The position numbers and the translations under genes were made by a program. Below are positions 8,797 through 18,937 of a stretch of 32,416 nt of DNA, piece after piece. This DNA is from Asterionella formosa. Lineage: Eukaryota. The DNA is taken from NCBI GenBank assembly GCA_002256025.1, contig NKIB01000458.1:1-32416 (forward strand), in the 5' to 3' direction. Numbering within the stretch: position 1 is the stretch's first letter; each line of letters begins with the position of its first letter. A model generated the notes under the pieces. That model was given only the letters and a program-made list of their open reading frames with translations, had not been told where the DNA came from and ran no database searches.

Positions 8797-11082
8797 TGCA
8801 TTGTTGAGAAAAACCTCTTCGAGTCAGAGTGAATCTTGCTTAGTGATATGGTCATCGAACGATTTGTTCCATTGACGCTTTCCTAAAGGATGCAGAAACG
8901 GTATAGCAAGCTATTTCAATGGTTCTAGGCATATTGTTGAGTCCGATGGTCATGAAGAAGGCCTGCACACCATCTCGAAATGGAATGGAGAAACCAGTCC
9001 AATTCTGTAGAATGACATGCCGCACACCAGTGATGCAATGAAATATTAGCTCTTCGTTCTTTTCGGGGTCTGTCATCAGCTCCAAAAAATTTGTAGGGAA
9101 AGAAATCATTCCCCTCTAGATTTTTTTTAAGCTTCCAATGCAGCATGGGCAACATCATGTTGATTTTAGTAGAAAAGAGCTGCTGGGACACTAATACACA
9201 GAGTGTCACCACAGCAATGATAATAATATGATGTAATGACCAAGAGTATTCATCGCTACGAAAATTTAAATGTTAGAAATTAAAGGTAAATTTAATGGCA
9301 GATAAGTTATCTAAAATAATTTGATGCAGAGCTTAATGATGATATTATACATCAAATCACCAAAATTAATTTGTTTTATCATACACAAATGAAATAATAT
9401 ATTTTATTATCAGAGAATGTCATCAATTCACTGTTTGAAATCATCTGTAACATGATTTAGCTATGTAGGTCTTATGCTAATTTTATTCTTCCAAATATGA
9501 AAACGTCAAAGAATGGGCAAATTGCTAAAAAAGCAAATGAAAATGGAAGGTGAGCAAAAGTAAGCGAATTTTGCTTACTTTGATTTATTCTATCCAGGCT
9601 CAAAATTCTCATGCTTTTCCAGCCAAAGTGATGAAAACGACCAATTCTTAATCCATGTTCTCAAAGTTGTTGGGATTGAAATTTGGAACTGCCTGCCTCA
9701 TCATCATACCAACTACTACCTGACATAAACTATTATATATACTGTATGTATACTGTAAAAATATTATTTTAGTCTCGACAATTGACTACCGGTAATGAAG
9801 ATAATATCATACTGGTAAATTATTTTGAAATCTCATCCTGTGCTCATCCTCTTCAAAGCAAAGTTATAGCATTGAAATTTTTCAGTTGATTAGATTCATT
9901 TAAAAGGGATGACGCAAATTAAAGCAATAGCTTTGAAATACTTCAAATTTGTCGGTGCCAATACCTGCGTCCATGACTACACCAATTGCTGATACATTCA
10001 ATCAATGCTCAGCTCATAAATATATGTTTCACGTCATTTGCTTCAATTATTCAAAGTATTGCTCTATTATTAGTGGTACTTTATGTGCAGCTACTGTGAC
10101 GTTTCCAATCTGTTTGTACATTTTCGTTTTGAATTGTCCATATCTAAATTAAATGAAAAATGCGCTATCGGCGATGTCATTTCTCGTTTTCAATATTAGT
10201 GTTACTACAACAACAATTCGTTTACAATTGTATCGTTCTATATCTTGATTGATAGATGTTCTAAATAGGAATGCGTCGTTCTCAATTTTCGTGGAGACAT
10301 TCACTATTTCGTCATGGTCAAGGAGGAGCTGACACGATGCAGGATTCTCCAGCCGTTCACAACGACTTTGCTCTAGTGTTATATAGTAAATAAGTATATT
10401 TTAGAGTACGCTTTAAAAAAGCTCGACTTATGCGGAGGTTGGTGGGTCGCACTAGGGTGCAAAGCACCCCTCAACCAGTTTACGAGTGTTATCAGATGAT
10501 TTCGGAAGGGCGGAGGGGTTTGGTGCAGCGTACGAGGTACTGGGTGATAGTAGTGCCTTGCCGGCGCTTGTCGTTTTTGAGATAGTTAATTAAACGGGTT
10601 TGGCCGGCTTTGTAAGTAGCTATCCAGGCTTTCATATGATAGGGCGAAAGTTTTACTCATATTGGGTAAGTCGGAGGTCCCCTAACGCTGCAGCTAAGAT
10701 GATCACCTTTTGTGAAGATGGTTGGGGACTCACCTTCACTAACAAAACTAGGGAAGCACAGGTCTTGTTGGCAGGCCGCACAATGGTGAACTTGCCTTGA
10801 AAAAGGGGAGTAGGAATGGGCTATAAAACAGATTATCATTTAAAACGCTTTAAGAGTACTCATTTGCTAGAAGAGTAGACCACGTAGCGCTTCCTGGCGC
10901 TGCCAGCCCTGATGTTCATGTACTTTGTACTTACTTACCAACCCAGGATCATCCCAACAAACGTGATAACTTTGGGCGCTGGTGCGACGGGATCTGTACT
11001 GGTTTTAATCATCAGTATGGTACAACGGGAACCATTAGCCACATCCAGGAACCCTAGGGACTACATGAAAAAGAAAGACAGG

Positions 11083-11145
11083 TGGAGAATGTAGGAATCG
11101 AACCTGCCACCTATGAAGGCGTGCTATCCAACTAAGCAATCCCCC
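11083..11145 (-). pseudogene. tRNA-Ala-like relic lacking a normal anticodon/variable arm
   Basis: Minus strand GGGGGAT-TGCTTAGTTGGATAGC-ACGCCTTCATAGGTG-GCAGGTTCGATTCCTAC-ATTCTCC-A: 7-bp acceptor stem with G3:U70, discriminator A, A-box-like D region, intact B box GGTTCGATTCC, and a T-tract (TTTCTTTTT) just downstream. It is only 63 nt long. Confidence 0.75.
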
Positions 11146-12094
11146 CAGTTCTGATCATCAAAATGAGTATAACAAATTGCTTTCTTCTTTCACATCATCA
11201 TCACTTTTGTGGTTGCACAATCCAGAATCAAAGGCATATTGCTAAAATGATTCCTCATATACTTGTTGAGAAGAGGCAGTGACAAGAAAAAAGGGTCCTG
11301 ATGGATCTCTATTTTGCTGGAGATGGCCACAAGCAATAAATCGAAAAAGAACGAAAAAAAATTTTCAAATGTAGTTCCCCATTTTTTATCTTTTTATACA
11401 TTGAATTTACATGGATCTGTAGCTTGGAGCAAACCGCGCATTAGGGCTATTGAGCCTGAAAAAATCGTAGGAATCAAAATGGCCCTGGAGAAATTTGAAA
11501 TATCGATTCAACAAATACTAGACATTGGGACTGTCATACAAGAGAAATTACATGCATGTATAGATCATCAGTGGCGTCCTAAAACGACTAGTAAAAGACA
11601 TTGTAGTCATTGATTTTCTGAGTCTTTTTACTATTTTCAAGGACGGCGAGAAAAATCCGGTTCCGTTTCGCACATTTTCTTATTGGAACATTGCCCTTGC
11701 CTTTCCACAAAGTAATCGTACTCCGAAGGTGCTATTTCTGAGTACATTTCTCAGTTGCTTTGCTCCATCATTCCATGTACATTTGTGCATTTGAGTACCA
11801 GTACCAGGTAATAGTCTAATCTACACCATCCAATGTATTTTTAACTTGATCAACAATATGAGATTAAATTATTCTTTTAAGCTTACTTCTCCTGATCGTT
11901 ATGGAGGGCATCAATACACCAACAATGGGTGATGATTTGTTTTGACTTGTGAGTTTTAGGGGCTCCCGAAACTGAATCTATTTCTTGGTCTGAACCTACA
12001 TGAACCTACATGGTAATGAGCGGGACGAAAGGGAAATACTATTGGAATCCTATTTGAGGTTTCTCGTGCAATGTAAGAGATATATGAGTTAATT

Positions 12095-13093
12095 CTAATA
12101 TCTTTCATTCATTCGTTTCGCGACGTTTCTCATGGTATTGTACACTTTCCCAGGTGGTGCTCCCAGAATTAAATCACAAATAGCGTTTCGCGCCACCCTG
12201 ATATTCGCAAAACTGCCTAGCAAATGAATCCGAGTATCCGCGATGACAATTCGAGTCCTGGTAGCATTCTCAATGGCAAATCTAGTCTTTCCATCTTGAC
12301 CGGCAATTCGCCCAACGGCACGTGACAAGTGATCGCCCCTCAATAATTTGACATCAGTTACTTGAAAAGACTCTACAAAAAGGTCGTCCAACCGCAGCAA
12401 TGCGACAGCATCTTGTACTTCGAAGCCCAGCATGAATGCTGAACAGAAGTCAGCACCTTTTTGAAGAGCGCCAGAATCGATAGTATGTACGGACGTCTTC
12501 ATTTCAATAGATCGAGTCTTGGTATTGAATCGCACCTGTGAGCAATGAATAGGGAAAATATTTTAGAACGAGAAAGAAATTGACCATTTATTATTGTAGA
12601 ACCTCCACCCAACAAAGTAAATGCATCAGACTGCCACGTTGACGCGGCACCATGTAGTCCCAGACACGATGAGGCTTCCTGGAGGTTTGTGTCCGAAGAC
12701 GCCAAGAACAACTCAACGCGCTAATAATTTGGATTCTTGCTTCATATGCACGCATCTTCTCCTCCTTTCTCAAACATTTTGGCACTTGGTACCTACCTGA
12801 AGCTTGAGATATTCAACCAATGGAGTTAAAATTTGTTCCCAGGTATCTCGCAACGGTGTGTATCTATGCGGTGGGCATCGAACTCTGCGATACTCTGACT
12901 TGCCTTGTGATTGCTGAATCGCAGATAGCTGAGGAAACGTAGGCTGGTCGCCATCTTCCATGTCCACTTCTTTCTGGAGCGAAGTGCTCTGAAGGATTCT
13001 CGATTGAACGACGGATGGGTCAATTGTTGTTGCAGCACTGGACATGTCAATGTCGTGCATCGTCTCGACTTCCATATCAACTTCGGGAGTCAT
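12095..13093 (-). CDS. PNO1: Pre-rRNA-processing KH-domain protein PNO1/DIM2; exons 13093-12797 and 12535-12095
   Basis: EYRRVRCPPHRYTPLRDTWEQILTPLVEYLKLQ|VRFNTK...ALQKGADFCSAFMLGFEVQDAVALLRLDDLFVESF...HLSRAVGRIAGQDGKTRFAIENATRTRIV...GAPPGKVY. Phase-0 intron 12796-12536 (GTAGGT...CACAG, 261 nt). Confidence 0.95.
12592..12760 (-). ncRNA. Candidate intron-encoded box H/ACA snoRNA in PNO1
   Basis: On the sense strand: hairpin 1 closed by GAAGATGC/GCGTCTTC (12759-12752 with 12702-12695); H box ACACAA (12692-12687); hairpin 2 closed by ACCTCCA/TGGAGGT (12686-12680 with 12607-12601); then ACA (12597-12595) plus 3 nt. Confidence 0.6.
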
Positions 13094-13465
13094 GTTTCAA
13101 TTCACGGTTCGGCGGCTTGAACGTGTCAGTGGTGGTCTAGAGAGTTGACTGTAAAGTTAATATTGGGGACTTCAAAACTTAATCAATAACGAACGCAGAT
13201 TTTACGACCACTATGAATTATAATTCAATTATTTCGATTGACTATACCGTACCTGGTTACGGTACCAGGGTACGGTATGTAAACTGTACCGCTCACACCT
13301 GGTACCGATATGACTACATACCTCGGAACATGCATAAAATGGGTTTCTTTCTTCCTCTTGTCCATTTTTTACTGGTTCGTGTGCTCATCAGTCTGTCCAT
13401 AGCCACTCTTAGGTATCCCACCTTATGATATGCTCCACGCAGATGAGGTACCTGGTCCCATGGTA

Positions 13466-14865
13466 CCAGCAAGTTGCGGTCATTTTGCCGAAAATGGAAC
13501 GCGGCGCCGGCAAGCACTCATATTCGACTCCCCGCTAATATTACTTAAGCATTTAGAAAACTCTAACGGTTTCGCGCTGGCCAATAAATTTCATTATTAT
13601 CAAAATCTAATTTTAAAGAATAATTTTCTGAAGAAACCAGTTTCCGAACCTTGCTACCGGTACGATTGGGGGGTTTTGGATTGGGAGGTTTTCCCCCCAA
13701 TCACAATTTTGAGTTTCAAGACTCCTTATTCCAGAAATCTCCTAGTTTATATGCATTTCTATTTCGGTATAAGTCGTTGTGGTAAATATCGGTATGCATC
13801 ATACATAGGAGAACGACGTAGTACATCCATCTTGCATCCCTGTGTATGCATACCGGTATCAAATACCGATTCATAATGGAACCAGACTACCAGGTACCAG
13901 GTACCGGTACCGGTACCGGTGCCAGGGACCACCCTGGTACAATTGACTTCATGTCAGTTTATGGTTGTTAGTAAATAGCTACAAGCATGTATGTTCTTGG
14001 AACATGATGTTTGCCGGTTTGGTACCGGTACCGGTAACATCATGACAATGATGATACGCCTATTGTAAACAGATAAATCCCAAATTATAAACCAATTGTT
14101 GTTTTCAGCTTCTGATATTATAGAATATGTCTACTTGATGTACAACGGTTATGTACGAACTACTCGGGTTTTGATCCGGCAAGAAATCATGGAGATATTG
14201 TTGTTGCGGTCGAACGCCATGTTGCTTCCACCGATTTTCTATTTTAGCTATTTCGCAATGAATATCAAAGCTACGTGTTCGTTTCTTTCACTACTTGCTA
14301 GCGACACGTGTATTCTATCTAAGAAACTAATAATAATAGCGTTAAGCAGTTGTGTACAAAATCGAAAATTAATAATCAATTAATCATGGTAATGGGAAAT
14401 TTCTCATGTTCGTTCGATTCATGAGCGATTGTATAATTCTTATACCCGGTATGTACCAGTATGCAGAGAGCATACATATTATCCATATAACCGTATGTGC
14501 ATGTCCCGCTACCGGTATACCGGTATGTATTCCCGGACGTCTGCACTCCTTGGCGGGGGTCGACTTTCATGTTCTTTGATCTCTTGCCTTTGCCCGCATC
14601 TGACCCCGACGGAATCTAGCCCTCCGGTAAAACCCCCCAATTTCTTTTGGATTGGGGGTTTTTCGATTGGGGGAATGAGTTTGACCGTAATTTAGTTCCT
14701 GCCAAATCAAATTCTAGCATAATAGTATTCAAAACGATCATGCCACGAATGAAACATAACCGTTTTCCGAGCTAGCCAGATTCTATGTTTTAGTATTGGA
14801 TCTACAGGCGTGAATATCCGAGATGTCCAAATCGTCATTTCGGCAATTTTACCGCAACTTGCAGG
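13466..14865. mobile_element. 1.4-kb non-autonomous TIR element flanked by TA
   Basis: Left TA|CCAGCAAGTTGCGGTCATTTTGCCGAAA (13466-13493); right TTTCGGCAATTTTACCGCAACTTGCAGG|TA (14838-14865). This is a 28-bp inverted repeat with 4 mismatches. No recognisable internal ORF. Confidence 0.7.
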
Positions 14866-16290
14866 TACCGGTAGTTGCCTTTTCAGTTTTGCCAGACACT
14901 TCGATATTTACGTAGGTGAGATATCAACAGGCTACATAAAATGAATTCTACACGCGAGTGTACCACAGGACAGAATCCAGAATCCGATCGTATGCCATAC
15001 TTGATGTCGAAATAGGGCACCAAACAATTATAAAATATACAATGCATGTATGAAATCGTGCATGGATTTGTACGGTTCACCTGACATACATAGTACACTC
15101 AGCCAATGCACCACGTAACTAGCATTTGGGTCTGCTGAGAGTTCAACTCAATGAAACAATTCAATTTTCTGTCGAATATGTTGTTTTGAGCATAATGAAA
15201 GTCTTGCCTAGAAATAGGGGCGTACGAATGGGCTATAAAACATACTATCCTTTTTGATTTTTAGGATAATTTCACCGTCATGAAGAAGTTTATTAATTCA
15301 TGAATTTGAAATCGAGATTCGGTGTTGGTCCACAGACAGCCAGTTCAACTCGCGAAATGTAATACAATTTTAGTTGCATCCACTTTTTAAAACGAAAACC
15401 AACATAGCTGGTACTGAGTTGTTAAATATATAATCATAACAAAGGATATTAGCACATGTGTAGAGTGAAAATATATTTGGGTTTGCTCACAGATTCATTA
15501 AAAATCAAATTCTAATTGAGTGGAGTTCGAAGAAGGGAAGGTTGGAACGATAAGCTGTCAAACATTTAACATGGTTCTGCTGATCTGATTATAGCCAAGT
15601 TCTGTGCGCAGGATGGAGGGAAGGGAAAGATTTGAGAGAAAAAAATAATATAGCAGTAGCAAATCAAAAAAATAAACGAAGAAACAATAATTTTATAATA
15701 TTATCAAACATGCTTTACTACTTAACTCGCTTAGCTTGTACGTTTCAACCTGCATCAACTATTCAATGACTTCCTGCAAGGCCTACCAAGCGCAATAAGA
15801 ATTCTCCAAGAGGATGATTAATGTGGACAGCCACCAAGTCTTCCAGCAACGAAATGATGGAAAAATGACGCCATGGTGTGTAAGTGTGTTTATCGTGAAG
15901 CACCATGTCTCAAATTATTTCAAACACGCTTGAGCTCACGAAAATTTATCCGTTTACACAACACAGGATTCCATAAGTTAATTTAGCCTTTGATAGCATA
16001 CAATCGTCCGGGAGGACGTCGTGAGTAGAGCAATGACAGCTTGCCTTCGATAATGGATTGAACAACCGTGACAGTGGCAATGATCATGGGAAGGAAGAAA
16101 ATGATAGTTTGCTTGTTTTTATGAAAGGAACCATTAAATATCTAGCAGTATGGTCCATGTTAATGTAGAAACTATAGAAGTTGCATGGAAAGAATGTTAT
16201 TCTGTTCAAGTTTTAATTATGATATTGATATTTTTTCGGTTTCCCGTAAATATTTGAGCATGCAGCCGCTGTAAAGCAGCATGGGGCAGT

Positions 16291-16333
16291 ATATATTTAT
16301 ATATATACCCTATGATTATATATATATATATAT
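16291..16333. repeat. Interrupted (AT)n microsatellite
   Basis: atatatttatatatata...ttatatatatatatatat. Confidence 0.8.
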
Positions 16334-17023
16334 GTTCAATTGGTTTCAAACAAATTCTAAACAAGGAATTGCTTTAATTAGCAATTGAGAGTTTATAATT
16401 ATGCCTTTAATTTTTTCTAGTAAGCAAATCCTCATGTAGAAACATGGCATGTTCTCTACACCATAACCCATCCTAAAATTAAACTGCTTGGCATTTAAGT
16501 TGCTTGCAGCAAAGTCGCCACAATTATTTTTGCCCAGAGGGGGAGTGCCAGGAACCGGAAGATATAACTTACAACAGTACCCTTGAGCTACTGATATTCA
16601 TACTAGACAACTACAGCCCTACTAGCTAGCCTATGGTTTGTATATAGACTACCAGAACATATGGGTAGAAGTAGACTATAACTATGATTCATAAAAAGCT
16701 TTCAACTTCTGTTAGTCAGTAGCTAGAGCCACAATCGTTATTTATCGCTAGCAAAAGCGACAACAGATAGTTCGTAGGTCAAGCTTATGAGTTCTATCTA
16801 GGAAATGAGGAGTCTATGTGTAGTAAGAAGTTGCTATTCTTTATAGTATTTCTCCATGAATGATAGCGGTCTTTTTGTCTTCAGTTCCTGGTACATGGTA
16901 GACAACCAGTATGTAGTCTAACATAGTGAACGTTCAATTGTGTTTTGATGTTGTCTTGATGGTGTGTGCAACATCACTATCATTTCGGACAGTATTACCA
17001 GTATACCGGTGTAATAGTGTGGG

Positions 17024-17590
17024 TGTTAGGCTGTTGGTTTTGAAAGGTTTCCAAAGACAAGGTGTAGTCTGAGGAATGTCTGAATGTAAATAGACAGTAT
17101 ATATAAAGCAGAATAATATGCAAATGAGCAGCATGAGAAATATCTTGACTGGTCATTCCAGGGCAATACTGGAGTGTGCTAGGAAGAAGCACCACAAATT
17201 ACAACATGGTAGTGGGCTTGTTAGTAAAGTTGTTCATGAGTATGTGGAAACCAGAGGTTGACAGTTCAAGTCCTTTAACAGCAAGAAAAGAAAAAAGTAG
17301 AAATGCACCACGAAAATTCCTGTAGGAAAGGTATGGAGAGCATACACATTGGGATGATGTGGTAAGTTAAGCATCAATAGGGGAGGGTGCCAGAATGTGT
17401 CTGTTAGGCTGTTGATGTTGACAGGTGTCTGAGGACTAGATGTAACCTTAGGAATGTCTGAATGGAAATAGACATTATTTATGTAGCAGAAAAAATGGAA
17501 ACAAGTAGCACAAGAAAGGTCTTGACCAGTCATTCCAGGGGAGTAAAAGAGCATGCTGGAAAGAAATGCCACTAATTTTATCACATTAGT
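17024..17590. repeat. Diverged direct duplication, about 190-bp units at 17024-17213 and 17402-17590
   Basis: Collinear shared blocks tgttaggctgttg, aggaatgtctgaatg(t/g)aaatagaca, agcagaa, tcttgac..gtcattccaggg. Confidence 0.8.
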
Positions 17591-17792
17591 ACATATTTCT
17601 AGAGGCTTATGGTGCATCGTTGATTCATTCAATTATGAAGTTGAATCAAGGGGATCATGTTCATTGATGATTGCACCTAATAGCATTGGACAAAAATATG
17701 CAATTTTTCACTTTCATGTTGCACCTTCTTCACATTGAAACTCTTTCTTGAAACCGGAAGCTCTCACAAAGATCCAAATGTCAGGATGATTG

Positions 17793-18788
17793 CTAAACAA
17801 TTTCCAGCTCTCTATCTCCATAGCCAAACTTTACCTTGTTGTCATTAAAGAGCATATTTAGGCTCTCAACAAATTCGGCATGAGCTGCATCAACTTCTTC
17901 TATAGTAGGTGTTCCTTCCTCCTTGATGGCAAAGTACATTGGTTTTCCAAAGACAATGGTTGTTTTGACTGGAAGAGGGCAGAAAGGTGATCCCAAATAC
18001 CCAGCTACAAGCGGAAGGCATACACCCAGTTTTTTTACAAAAAAGACTCTCACATCAAATAGAAATGAGCTCGTGCGATAGTAATCGGAACATCCAAAGA
18101 CATAGGAGGGCACTACTGCAGCACCTTTACACATGGCAAGCTTGATGAAGCCCTTGCGCTGCTTCAAAAAGATGACTTCTTTCCCATATATTGTTCGAAT
18201 TTGTTCGGCTTCGCCACCTGGGATGATCAGCAGCGACATTCCCTTGTCCAATTGACGTTCTGCAACGGCTCTATGAGCATCCACACAGCCAGTCCAAAGA
18301 CTAACTTCTCGGACGAATGGCATTCGGAACAATACTGAGGCGGCCAAAGTCTTGATTTTACCGTGAGTACTGGGAAATACTTCTGGTAACATGCCATCCA
18401 TAAGGACTCTATAATCTGCCCATGATCCATGAGGAAAGATGCCAAAAACGAATTGAGCACCTTCCTTCTTTTCTTCGTTGGCAAGTTCTTTCGGAATTGG
18501 CGCAATGGTGAGCTGAAGAAACTGGCGCATTACATTAAAAATCCAAAAGTGATTCGAGAAAAGAGGCCAATGGGCGCCATCCTTGATTTCATCCCTTCTA
18601 ATAAATAAAGTGTAGGATAAGTAGGGGATGACCAGGAATATGCCGACTGTCTTTGGATAGAGGAAGGGCGCAAAGACGATGAGTAGAAATAAAACAGCGA
18701 TCGTCACGACAAGGGCTGTTTGAATGATATATCCCTGAATCAGGACTTTTGAGCTTGGACGAGAGTGTATGGCATCTTTAGTGGACAT
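17793..18788 (-). CDS. DGAT2: Diacylglycerol O-acyltransferase type 2 (DAGAT family), 331 aa
   Basis: Two N-terminal hydrophobic segments, FGIFPHG, LAASVLFRMPFVRE, PGGEAE, RKGFIKLA, VVPSYVFG, VFGKP and EEVDAAHAEF motifs. First ATG at 18788; intronless. Confidence 0.92.
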   Translation of the reverse strand: MSTKDAIHSRPSSKVLIQGYIIQTALVVTIAVLFLLIVFAPFLYPKTVGIFLVIPYLSYTLFIRRDEIKDGAHWPLFSNHFWIFNVMRQFLQLTIAPIPKELANEEKKEGAQFVFGIFPHGSWADYRVLMDGMLPEVFPSTHGKIKTLAASVLFRMPFVREVSLWTGCVDAHRAVAERQLDKGMSLLIIPGGEAEQIRTIYGKEVIFLKQRKGFIKLAMCKGAAVVPSYVFGCSDYYRTSSFLFDVRVFFVKKLGVCLPLVAGYLGSPFCPLPVKTTIVFGKPMYFAIKEEGTPTIEEVDAAHAEFVESLNMLFNDNKVKFGYGDRELEIV

Positions 18789-18937
18789 GGTGAGAGTTCC
18801 TTTGGTATCCTCGATCAACTTCCTGCCTCGGCACGGTCAACCAGAGAGTCTTGGGATGAGCGATGTGTTTCCAGTCAAAGCAATACATGGCATAAATTTG
18901 TACAATGCTAGACGAATATAGTGTATGATAAAGAGTA

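Larger units (their letters stand above)
6623..9422. mobile_element. PIF/Harbinger transposon, decayed, with two convergent ORFs
   Basis: Left end GGGCGCGCTCTGATAATAAAA (6623-6643). Inverted partner TTTTATTATCAGAG at 9402-9415 with the outer 7 nt diverged. Contains a Myb/SANT-like ORF (+) and a DDE_Tnp_4-type transposase (-). The left about 470 bp recur at 24034. Confidence 0.8.

Noticed and set aside
8852..9212. Minus-strand ORFs upstream of the Harbinger transposase fragments
   Set aside because: Possibly a decayed transposase N-terminus, but no motif could be recognised; left within the element annotation.
11640..11696. Terminus-like sequence ending ...TTGGAACATTGCCC
   Set aside because: No matching inverted partner or TSD found in the window.
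12626..12745. Box C/D reading of the PNO1 intron (ATGAAG...CTGA flanked by TGCA)
   Set aside because: The C box is degenerate and I recognised no antisense element next to the D box. The H/ACA architecture explains the stems better, though this reading is not fully excluded.
15720..16110. Coding-like minus-strand stretch (…HGVIFPSFRCWKTWWLST…)
   Set aside because: Multiple stops and no recognisable family.
18789..18818. ORF-track start of DGAT2 at 18818
   Set aside because: Non-ATG start in a eukaryotic gene; the ATG at 18788 is used instead.
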